From assembly GCA_051294905.1 (NCBI GenBank), contig CM119373.1:12028001-12092000 (forward strand): a stretch of DNA of 64,000 nt, written 5' to 3'. Source of the DNA: Botryllus schlosseri. Lineage: Eukaryota. Within the stretch, counting starts at the first letter, position 1; each line of letters begins with the position of its first letter. The notes beneath the pieces were generated by a model. It was not told where the DNA came from. It worked only from the letters and a program-made list of their open reading frames with translations, and made no database searches. Of the stretch, positions 1 through 12,700 are shown in pieces. The position numbers and the translations under genes were made by a program.

Positions 1-457
1 AATCGAGTCATTTTCAATTCACTACCGCGTCAAGTCCGATTCCAAGTCAGTGAGCAGATGTCGAGTCTGAGTCATGGTATTATGACTCGAGTCCAAGTCA
101 TTGTGTTGACTGCTCAGTTTCCAGTTAGAGTCTTGTTAAACCCACTTTTTATAACTCTGGTGATATCGATTCGAATGGTTCGCATTTATAATATACTAAT
201 TTTCCACACTTTTAGCAGTTTCTGGTCGCATTTTCAAGTACCAGTACCAATAGACGAATTCCCAATAGTGTCGTTACTTTACTATTCTTCGAAATTACAA
301 TGATATGTCGGTCTTGGCCGTCTGAGTCTCGAGTCGTATGACTTGGTTCGAGTCATGCGAAATGACTCGAGTCCAAGTCGAGTCAATGCACATACTGACT
401 CGAGTCTAGTCGAGTCATCAGAAAATCGTGACTCGAGTTGCGTCATTACAACCCTTG
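1..457 (+). mobile_element. Family A hAT-type MITE (GACTCGAGTC-rich), left end outside the window
   Basis: Similar to 10499-10829; ends in TTACAACCCTTG, matching the right TIR. Confidence 0.75.
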
Positions 458-584
458 TAAACATTGGGAGGTTTGGATAGCTTATTTCACAGTTTGGGGC
501 GAGAACAGGTTAGGGTTAAAGTTAGCTGTATGTTTAGGGATAGTTAATGGTTGTATTGAAACACTCGTCAAAGAAGCTCTGTAC

Positions 585-727
585 CTTCCGAGTTCTCAGC
601 GGCGAGACGAAATTCATAAGTCCAACCAGGATATACGTCAGGAGGTATGTAAAACCTTTGCGTATCCCGCGCTGAAAATTTCAGAGTTTTCCAAGTCGAA
701 TCGGTAGCCCCTTGGCTCTGTTTCTTT
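585..727 (-). CDS. Lar: Exon 18: FN3-6 second part (KKQSQG...PGWTYEFRLAAENSE)
   Basis: Acceptor ATTTGCGCAG; YEFRLAA-x-N motif. Donor G|GTACAG is inferred because the frame closes a few codons later. Confidence 0.85.
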
Positions 728-3700
728 CTGCGCAAATACAATTTGGCATGACCTCGCTTGTCTCCATAATGTGTCCCAGATAATGTTGAATGTCTTACCC
801 GTATGTGAGAATGAAATTAAGCAACGGGCCGTTGGTAGATACCGGAGGCTCCCAGGATACCTTAATCTTATTGTTGTTAATGGTTGTTATCGACATTGCT
901 GGCTTTGACGGGGCTGAGAAAGTAGAAATAGAAAATGAATGAAATCCCTGCGCCATTATGAGTCATGATAGTATATGATTTACACATCGGTAGAGTGAAA
1001 CCAAGACGAAATCGGGGCGACAAGCTTGACCATTATAGTTGAGAGAAGGGACAACATTTATTTATGTTGCGTGACCACGGTGTATATTCATATTTCGAGG
1101 CTGTGTTTTGTGTCTGTGAGGTAACGCTGTTCAAAATATACTTTATTTTCTAAATCTCACTAACCAATGAAATTGATACTTTGTCTATAAAAATGATGCA
1201 AAACAAATTTGACTCAAATCCAACCGGTAGAAGTGAAGTTATTGCAGCTTTAAATTTCGGATTTGAAATTATAGCATTTATGGTGGATAATCCCAGAACT
1301 ATCAACAAAAAACTGAAATAACTTCGCTTCTACCGGTTGGAAGAGGTTCAAAGTTGGTGTGCATCGTTTTTTTACGGCAACCAGACGAAATAATCGCCTA
1401 GCAAGCGAGATTTGGAAACGAAGTTATTTTTGAACAGCCATACTGCGGGATTTATCTAATAAGCACAATTATTCAGAGCGTACTTTGGACTTGAATAAAT
1501 TTGAATGATAGAGAGTTTGTAATTTGTATTAAAAAACCTGTAAAGGTAGAGTAGCCAAAAACTATGGGTGGGTAGTGAAAGGAGAAAATACTCGAGTACC
1601 TAGGAAAGAAGCTGTACTTAACAATTATGCATGATTATAAATGTTAATGACCAAACTAATTGACCAACAGCTTTTCTCCAAATTTCACATTCAAATGAAA
1701 ATGTGAGCACTTAAAGTAAGCAATCCTGATGAAATTCACAATAAAGGCCACCGTAGAAGAGGAGTAGGAATAGTAGAAGTAGTTGTTAGTAATAGCAAAG
1801 ACTTCTCTACCGCGTCATTGTCTCACCTGGACCACGAGTTTTTATAACGGCTGCATCACTGTATTCTCCAGCGCCTTTACTAGTCGCAGCAGCAATTTGA
1901 ATGGAATAGTACGTATCAACTTGTAGATTGGAAAGTTGGTGCCTCTGAATTCAAAGAGGATAATCGTGAGCCTACTATAGTAGGCGAAAATAATGAAAAA
2001 CCCATTCTAAAGACTTTTATATCTCAAAATGTTGAGTTTTTCGTGTTACAAACAGAATTACTTTAAACTGTATCACGCGTATAGATTGCCGTAAAGCACA
2101 AAAACTGGAAATATCAACAGTTTTCTGAATGTCTATAAAACGTGGTACTTCAAATATCTGATGTCTTCTGTCTAGGGTGGCGAGCACCACATCCAAAGCA
2201 ACTGCTAGATGATTCTCAAAGAAATAATTACATATGTAAGGAAAGTTGAAATTTCAATGATGCATACTCAGCATACAGCATGTAAATGTGACGTAAATTG
2301 CTGTTCGAAGTACATAGGCTACAGATAAATACGTTAGCAGGATAGAATATGCACAAGAGTAATTCGAACAGGCAAGAAAAGGCGATAAACATATTATTCA
2401 AATCGATCAAGCAGGTTATTGTTGTCAATATTATTCCTTTAGTAGGTAGGATTCGCCACCGGTAAAGCTAATTACAAATTAGACTTTACAAGCACATTTG
2501 AGTAACATTAGTATATGCGAAGGCTTTGTTGTCTGGTGTAGTGTGTTAACCAGGGATTTCCAATACGTAATAAATGAAAAATTTGCAGTATTGCAACATA
2601 GAATGTCTAATCCTCTCTAGACCCACTGGAAGGTTTTATTGCATTGCTGAAAATGTGCATAGTTCATCAAATTTTGGGTTTTGTCAACCTTTCAAATAGC
2701 CAACATTCCAGTCAACAACCTAGTCAAATAGTCCAGTCCAGTCATTCCAGAAGTTTCAGTCATAGGCTAAGATGCAATAACAATTGAGATCTAATCATAA
2801 CACCACCAGAATGAGCTAGGTAGTTTGAACAACGGCATGAGAAAAATGTAACATTGGAAACCTCCGGTTTACAACAGAGAATAGGGCCACCAGCTGAGGT
2901 ATAGCTACAAGGGTGTATTCACATATTTTCGAGTAGTTGACATTGTTTGAATTTAACACCTTCAAAGAAAAGGCACTGTGCTATTCATAAAATTAATCCA
3001 TGGGTGCACGAATTGTATGACTACCTCACTACAAAGTGATTCATCTACATACCGAAAGAAAATAGCCTAAACACAGACTTTGGGATTATCCACAGAATGC
3101 CTTCCCAACACAGGCATCTTTAGCATGGCCAATACCAGTAGCACCAAAATTAATAACCAGATATCCAATACGATAAACTACGGCATACTTGAGATATGAA
3201 TGAGAAGTTACAGTATAGAGATTGTATGCTAGTATCCGCAATTGCCAGGAAACGTTTTACAAGTTATGGAAAGCAGGGCAAGAGTGTACAGATTCTTGCA
3301 GAGGATTACGGTGCATTCGTACGTTCAGTTAAGGGCGTTCATGCATCGTCGCTTACCCGCTTGCGACACTCATTTTTGTCTCCATGTCTGTGTGCCTGTT
3401 TACACTGTTCAAAAGCACGGTTGGCGTTAAGAGTAATAACAAAAATCAGTTATCATATTATATTGTATCCAGACGAATTTTTGTAAACATAGGTTTTTAT
3501 TGTAAACACTAATGAGATTGTGATATAACTGCTTGCTATAGCAGGATTGGAATCATTGAGCACTTGAGGTCTCACAGATTCAAGGACTACAGTTAAAGTC
3601 AATTTGAGTACAGCCTGTTGCCGACCAAGCGACAGTAAAAAACGCAGGATAGTGCAATATGGTACAGCGGGGGTTCTTTAACTTTGTGATCGAGGACCCC

Positions 3701-6700
3701 TTAGAGTTGGGTAATGTGGGCGATTTAGCGTACCCAAATAATTTCAGAAACAGATGACTACGAGGTCATCACTAGGGCTGGGCACAATGATTCGAGTACT
3801 CGATTCGGAATCGAGTATTAATTTTAATGATTCGAGTCGAGTAGTAAAAGACGATTTTTTCGAGTAATGAAATTACACGCTCCTCTCCACTGAAGGGTAA
3901 TTTATCGACGAGAATTATAGTTTCGATACTATTTTCCACTGTGGAAGCCCTGAAACCTAAACTGGCCGTATCACAACGTACGAAACATATAGTACAAAGC
4001 TACGCGCGTAAGTGAAAATAACACATTTCCGAAGTCATGATCATCCCACAACATGGTAACCAAGTGCAATGAAATCGGTATGGTCGAAAAAATTATCTTT
4101 TATGTGATGGATAACCGGCATTATATTTTCTGTGGTTGCATATGAAAGGTGCTCATTTGATAGTTGACATATTACATTCTGCTATGACGTCATAATGAGC
4201 GATACTCGAATACTCGACTCGACTCGAAGCATTTTACGTGATTCAGAATCGAATCACTCAGGTACTCGATTTTGCCCAGCCCTAGTCATCACAAGAACCT
4301 GCACTCTATTCAGGCTCTTCCATGCCTAAAATAAGACAACTAATGACTAGACAAGGTAATAGTCTCGGCGTCGTACCCACAGGTAACGTGGTTTTGTAGT
4401 TTCTTCATGATGTATTGCCAATTCATGGATCCTCTATAACTATATCGCAGAGCCCTGTTCAAGAACCCCTGCTATGTAGGTTTGGAATACATTTAGAACA
4501 CCGTTGAATATGCGGATTATTGCATTTCGTGCAGGAAATGTCGTCTTTTCGATTTTTAAACGAGTAAAACATTGCACTTTGCACGCCTTTTGAATCAGTA
4601 TGGAGTAACCCACTCAAATCCCTGAACAAATTGAAAAATACTTTATCTCCCGTTAAAAAGTTTTTAGGCCTAATTTGAAACCAATAAAAAGCAGCAACAC
4701 GTCATGTGTTCATATAATGCAAGCAGTAACACGTCATGTGTTCATATAATGCCAGAAATGAAAGTCTAGACAGCCCTGTCACATATGTGCAATGAACTTT
4801 GGTGTAGTAACATCGCCTTCGCCATAATCTCTCAGCAGGAATTAAACCCCAAAACCAGTATAAAACACTGGTATGAAATTGCGTTCACCTCTGAAATCGA
4901 ACAATCATTTCAACGAATCAATAGTGTTGAGGAATGCAATCTCAACTCTTTTTCACCCTTAAAATTTAAGATAGGTTGGATCATTTTGATTGCGTACATA
5001 GATACAAATCAATGTAGACCGAATCAACTGTAGGCTTGCATAATCACAGGCTCCCATGAGACATGATATTGCACATATGCGATTTGTGAGAAGACATACA
5101 ATTCAGTGATAACGCTAGCAAGATACTGATGAACACAATGAGAATAGGTTATCATACATATTGTTTATCTACACACTCACGTTTTCAATGTCCGCGCGCG
5201 TCGGGTCAGCGCTGACAGCCGCAATTTCTATGTCCCCAATGGCTTTTCCAGTTCTGTCGCAGGGCCCGTACGTGAGCTGGTAGCTGACTATTTTACCATT
5301 ACGTTGTTTCGTGCCAGGCGGCGACCATTTCACCATAATCGTGGTGGAGTTTTCGGCTGTCGCGATTACGTGCCTTGGCGGTCCGGAAGGTCCTTAGCGA
5401 AAAGTTCAAGGACCGTTTGAACAAGGGCTGTAATAGCTTGAGTCATGACTCGACCAGAGTCGGATTCAAATTATTTTCTTAAAAAACAGGAAATGACTCT
5501 ACTGGACTGTGTATGATCCACTTGATTTGTACTCGAGTCATGGCGCACGACTGACTCGAGACTATAATAGACCCTGTTCAAAAATAACTTTTTTTCCAGA
5601 TCCCGGGGATTCACTTATTAAATTGTTAGGTCGCCTAAAAAAACGCTGCGCTGCTGCACGACAAATTTGGCTCAATTACTACCAGAAGAAGCCGACACAA
5701 AGCCATTAAAAAGTTATTATTTATGATACAAAGAAATATTTTTTTCAAATTTTAATGCAAACCTCACGAAATTGTTAGAGTTGTCTACAAAAACGACGCA
5801 GAGAAAAATTGATGCAATTTTAACCTGTAGAAGCAGAGTTATTTCAGTTTTTCATTAATAATTCTAGGTTTTCCCACCCGGCAATGCTGTTTTTTGCAAT
5901 TTTAAAGCTTTCATTTGCAATAACTTCGCTTATATCGGTTGGAATTCAGCAAAAATTGTTATGCATTGTTCTTTTAAGAAACTTAACAACTTTATGGAGT
6001 TGACGGTAAAATTTGAAATTTTATTTTTTCATTTTTAATAATAAATTTAAACATCTTAATTGGCTCTGCGTCGGCTTGTGCTGGTTGGAATCGGTCGAAA
6101 TTTGGCGTGCGGCATTTTTTAGGCAACCTAACAATATAATCAGTGAATCGCCAGATTCGGGCCAAAAAAGTGATTTTTGAACAACCCTAATAAACATATT
6201 AAGGGTCAGGAAAAGATTTATTCCGAATGTGAGGCCATCGATTTCACCCAAAAGTTTCAAAAAGTGAGTCGAACCTGACTCCTTCTCGATTATCAACAGT
6301 GAACATTATGACTTGGACACGAACCTTTGTTTCAAGACTTATACTGGGACTTGACTAAGCGGCGAATTGAAAATGACTCGACTTGACTAGAGTCAAAACT
6401 ATAAAAGTAAGCTTATGACTTGGTTATAACCCTACATCTGAAGACAGGAATAGAGCACTGTAATCAGAAGCATATCCCACTGATCCCACATCATAACTTA
6501 TTTCATGTGTTCCCAGTATGCTGTGGCCAAGATTGCATATTGTAATTTGTGTACAACTTTCGGAATAATCAGACGATATTCCATACAGAGTTAAAACGTC
6601 TCAAAAAGACAAAGTGTTTGACAACACCTAACAGTGACTAGCTCCTCAAATATGGATTCCCATGCCGTACACACCGAGCTTTAGTAACGCAATATGACAC

Positions 6701-9700
6701 AGTAATCCACATACTTGCTTCATCAGTTAAAACTTCAACTGACGCACTGCAGGGGCCTTCTCCGATCGTGTTCGATGCGCAGACACGGATTGAGTATCGG
6801 GTGTAGGGGGTTAGCTGGTCTATGACAGCGGCTGTGGTGTCGGGACCAACACGGACCGCCTTATGGCTGGGCTCTTCTTGCAAAACATGAGTCAGAGTGG
6901 GCTCCTTGACAGGGTACACAATCGAATAATAGACCATGTAGAATCTGAGGATTCCGTTGTGGGTGCCGGGAGGGGGCTCGGACCAGGACACCGCGATACG
7001 CTTGGAATCGAGGGTTCGACCACGTACATCTTGTGGCGGGGCAGAGGGTTCTGTTGACGGAGATTCGACGTTCAACGGAGCATGCAACATAACATGAAAA
7101 AGAACAAACAATATATGATGAGTTACATTGAAAACAGGTAGCATTGCGTGTAGTAAGAACAGTCTGAATTACACATAACTATCTACCCTCTGCAGACTGC
7201 ACAATTTACGGACTATGAAATTAAATCTGTAGAATTCGTGACTATAAAAACTCCTATAAGGTTAAATGATTCAATGATGCTATCATAAATGTGTTACATC
7301 AATCATCTTAGCTCATGAATATAAAGTGCAAGTATATTTTATACGAGCAATAAAGAATGATGAAGGGGCAATGATTGTGTTTCTTGATGAAGTGAAGTAT
7401 ATATATTTTTTTTCTAATATTTGAATGTCAGGTGCAAATACAGTAGTCATTAAGCCAACCAGTGAACACGCTTGTTACTTGATCGGTTAACTACAACTTA
7501 GTGTAGTAGTATAGTACTTGGTTTGCTAATATGCCAAATACTGGACTGATTGGACACTTGGACGGGTTAGTCGAAATTTTATAAGCATTTAGAACTCATG
7601 ACTAAAATCCATTAGGTAGGTGGGAAAACACGTGAAGATAAAGCAAACAATTTACTCACTGCAATTGCGCCTGTACTAGGATTTTCTTATACCTATTGGT
7701 CTTTACAACATGGAGTTACTACGTCATTGAAATAATGGATTGGGTTTCATATTCTAATCTTAGATTCTCCCCATTTACCACATATCTGGACTGACACAAA
7801 TTTGTATTCCTATTCTTACATTTCTTATACCACAAACAAACACAGAGATGAAGGTTACAAACATCAAGACACACACAAAGATACATATGATCATGAGTGT
7901 TATCATATATAAGTTCAAGTGCATTGACATAAACAAGGTAGCTTTCCGTTAACATAGGAGAGCTTACAAATGTACTACACAATTTTGGCTTTCTCTATGT
8001 ATCTCCATACATATCATAGTATCGTGGCTTTCATGGTTTTGATATAATTCAACCAGTAAATCTCACCAGTTTGACGAGTCTTGATCCGCAGAGTAGGAGT
8101 GAACGCTCCCAAACCATTGCTAGTCCGGCCAGCTAGTTTTATTTCGTACACGGTGTCCGACATCAAACCTTTCAGTGTAGTCGCAGTTACCGGCTCGATA
8201 GTCACTTCCACAGGATTTCCCTGCATGACATCAACAGATTATTTAAGCCGCAAAATATATCAGTTTCCAGTTACATAAATTGCATGATTTACACTTCAAC
8301 AATTACAACTGTGCGAATATTCTCATAAAATATATGAGCCGATTCTTACTGCAGAGAGAGAGATTCCAGAGTTGAACAAAACTGAGTTCTTTTTCCAACA
8401 CAAATCAGCAAAGTTTTGATGCTTACCGGGCACCCTGACTCGGAGCAGTTGTAGACAAGCAGGTAGCTCAAAATAGCCGGGTCGTTCTCGTCGGGTTGGC
8501 TGCCCCAATCCGGCGCAGTCCAGTTCAACGCTATTTGATATGGGTCGTCGGAAACACCTTGGAAATTACCAGGCTGCGGCGGAACTGTAAGGCAATGGTA
8601 TCATCAGAGTTCATATTGAAATCTTGAAACACATGAAGCAATATAATTTTGGCTTTTAAGCCCAACGAAGACAAGTCGCTAATGTAGCATTTCTTCTTAC
8701 ACTGTATCCTCATAAGGCTTGTCATTAATTGTGGCTTGCTTTCAGACAAGGTATGCCGTAAATGGAATATCCTATCTGGATACAACAATTCTAATTGCGA
8801 ATTTCATCGAGTGAAACTGAATTTGACTGTGTATCGTTCCAAGGAGTGCCACTGGTCCAAATTCACCCTCCCTGAGTTACCGAATAATCTAGTCTTGAAA
8901 CATCTTGTTTTGGTATCACTAGAGCATTAATTACTCGTTTTATTTCATTTTGTGTTATTTTATCTCAATTTTCCATGGATAAGGGGGTATTTGCGGTCTC
9001 AAACCACATTTCACATCCTTCAATCCTACATCTATACTTTGATAGTATTACGCAGTACTATTTCTACACAAATAATACCACAGACTAATTTGAGCACTCC
9101 AGTCCTAGACTTATTACCTAGCAACACACTCACCTCCGGTGGTTGTCTTAACAGTTATGGGATCCGACCCAGGCCCTTCGCCGAACTCATTGATCGACGT
9201 GACAGTCAATGTGTATCTGACATGCTCTGTCAATTCTCTGATCACCAACGCTCTGGACTGGCCCTCGGCTTCTTTGTGGTTCCACTCTGAAAATAACAAT
9301 AGGTTACAGTACCGACACGGCGGCACATAGGCCTGGACAGTGTACAGACTCCAACAACAAATTCACCCAAATGAAATTAGATATAGGCCCACTCACCACT
9401 TTTATTCAGAGACGGAACACTGGTGTAGTATATCTTGTACCGCGTAATAAATCCATTCGCCTCAATCGGTGGTTGCCAGACGACCATGATCGAGCGAGAA
9501 TTCTCCAGAAAGGCTTTGATGTTGCGTGGTGCACTTGTGGGTACTAAATCAGAGTAAGTTTAAATATATTATATTCATTATATCAATCGAGATACCCCAT
9601 CATCTCAATTTTTACATATAACAGCACGCAATCATGGAAGTGGCCTGCAGTTGGCATATTGTAAACCATTGGTTCCCCACCTTTTACGAATCATCACCCC

Positions 9701-12700
9701 GTTATCTGACAAGATATATATTTGCCGCCTCCCATATTGTAGGATCAAAGAATGAGGACATTAAGCTAAATCTGATCGCTGGTAAATGGACTGAAAAAGG
9801 TCGAGATAATTGCAAAAACTACATCCATTTTCGGGGATATTAGTCATTTTATGTTGATCGCGACTCGCGAGCAGAGGTAGTCAAAGTGGACTGAGCAGTA
9901 GCAAATGAATAGTTAACCGGAATGTCTTTCCGACATTGCAAAATACCATCGCGGTCAACGCTGTTGAATTTTATCGCCACTAGATGGCAGACGGGAACAT
10001 TTTGCTTAACGCATTATTACTTACTTTTCCCCGCGGTACGGAAGTTTGCCGGTTCGCTTTTACAGCCTTCGCCCAAATCGTTTATACCAGACACTGACAC
10101 TTCGTACAAAGTAAACGGCTTCAGACCAAGCAGAGTATATCTGAAGACGACAGAAATCAATTAGCAAACACATTGAGAGCTCCATATCGCGAATTGAAAA
10201 GGTTGGCATGAAGAGCCTTCTAAAACATATTAACGCTGTGCTTTATGGTTGCAAGTTAAGCTATAAAGGCAATTTCAAATGGTAGCAGTGCTGAGGAATT
10301 ACTTCCGGAACTGCCTTTGAATTTTAAGGAATCACTAATCAAACGGTTAAATGGTAGAAGCTAGGATAATTTATCCATCTGTACACACGTATATCACCAT
10401 ATTCTATTCTCTTCAATTTGCAACCCCCTTTGCTGTAATTCGTTATGGACATCTGTCCTACAAAATGTCAATATATTCCTATTTATGCAGGTATATAGCA
10501 GGGTTGTAACCAAGTCACAAGGCTCCGAGTCACAAGTCAATCTGACTTTTGTAGTTTTGACTCGAGTCAAGTTATTTTCAATTCATTACCGAGTCAATTC
10601 CAAGTCTAAGTCAGCGAGCAGATGGTCGAGTCCGAGTTATGGTATTAGGACTGGAGTGCGAGTCCAAGTCATTGCGTTGACTGCTCAGTTTCTAGTTAAA
10701 GTCTTGTTTAACCTACTTCTTATAACTCAAGTCGAGTCGAGTCATTTCCGTATTCTGATAAATGACTCGATTCAAGTCGAGCAATCAGAAAATCACCACT
10801 TGAGCCGGACTCGAGTCATTACAACCCTGGGATATAGACATCAGTGCGGCTAGGAGCAAGAAAATGCCTATTTTGTAGCTGCTTGCTGCAAATTTCGGAC
10901 CTTGGACGCTGTTACGTCCTTTTGTACAGTTTGTGATGTCATGCTATTGTTGATGTTTATCCGCTGTACGTCAGCCCTGACGGATTTACATCTTGATTAC
11001 TAATGCATTTACTTGGGCAATAATAAGTTTGTGCATAACAAGGATTAACCAAACACCCTTCATACAATCTGTGGCCTCCTAGAAGTATTACTCACGTGTT
11101 GGACCCTATATCCGGTACAATAAAATACGGATCGTCCGTCTTCTCTGCTTCCCTGTAATACAGAACGTAACTGGACGGCGTTTCGTCCTCAGCTGGCGCC
11201 CAAGAAAGTGCCGCTGACGAGCTTGAGGGTGATTCCAGTAGCGACAAGGAACCAGGAGCCTGCAAATCGTAGAATATATATTGTGTTAGCAAAATTACAA
11301 CACGCAGATGTACGTCATGGTGATCATGAGTTACTTAACTAGGTTTTGACTGATTCCACTAATTACTCCAAGTTACTTCCAGTTCTACTTCACGTTTTTG
11401 GGCTAAACCACATACTTTTTACACTTTGCATATTGTAAATTAGAAAGTAGTCTGGAGATGTTTGCATCAATTTTATGCGTGAAATTGTGATAACGAATGG
11501 TGGAAATAGCTCCAGTATCGCGTGAATTGAATATACATTCAAAATTCCACCTATTAGTGGTTTCTTTTGCGTTAGTCTTGAAGATGCACCCTGCAATTTC
11601 AAAAGTACCAGCATTCGAATGTAGGCCAAAGCCAAGGCTTGCGATCCCTCGAAAACTTCTATCTTATGAAACTACAAACTTGAATACTATTAAACCCTGC
11701 ATTTTCTACCTAGATTCTTAGAAAAACCTGTACAGCCAAGCATTTTCGCCATACTGAAGAAAGACTTTTTCATATACACTGCTCAATGAGTAGATGCCTT
11801 GGTTTTACAGTACATGGATTTCACTATCCACGTGAGATTACTGCAAAATCGTGGAAATTTGAGCGACGAAAATATACTTTACAAATTAACCAGTTTACCA
11901 GGCACCACCTTAACACAACTTACCGACGGCAGAGCTCTAACTCGCACGTGAGTGGTGAAATGGATCCTATTGACTTCCGAAACAGCCACACAAGTGTAAT
12001 TGGCAGACTTCTGGACGTTGACTAAGGGCAGAACTAATCTTCCGGAAACGGGAGGTTCTCCAGGTTTTGGAAGGAGTATTTCAGGGTCGGCAGAAGGTCC
12101 ATTCTCTGTGGAGAAAGAAAATATTGCAATTCGACCAATGTCCAATCATTTACGACTAAATCTATGGCATGAAGCCCAGAAGAGGTCGATTGCAATGCAT
12201 TTGAATCTCAATTGAATACTATTTAGGTACGGCAGTGTAGATATGCTATATACTTGTTTTTCTTAATCAAGGAACCTTGTTCAATAGCTACCTATATCAA
12301 CATTCAACAGTCTCTCCAAGAGTCTCTGAAAGCCAAAGTAATAACATCATTCTTGTCGAATATCCATAGTTAGCATGCATCATTTCCATTGTTTTTAATA
12401 ATTAATTGGGTGATAGAGTCTAGTCCAGACATCAAGACTTGCATTATATATACCAAAAGGAAATTGGTATAGCTTTCAAAAGCATAACGTTCATCCAAGG
12501 ACGAGAATATTCGACTACCTCGACTGAAATTATTTCAGTAATTTCATCTTATGTTGAATCGCATACTGTATCAAAAATATCTGAAAACTAAACACCCAAT
12601 TCTTTCATGATTTATCACATCACAAGAAGACGAACGTAGTGATCCCGGATTAATTGGTAATAGTTACTTGCCAGTGATTAAATTAAGCCATGGAGTGTAA

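Noticed and set aside
505-545. TTAGGG telomere-like words (also near 63715)
   Set aside because: Only one or two degenerate units; not an array.
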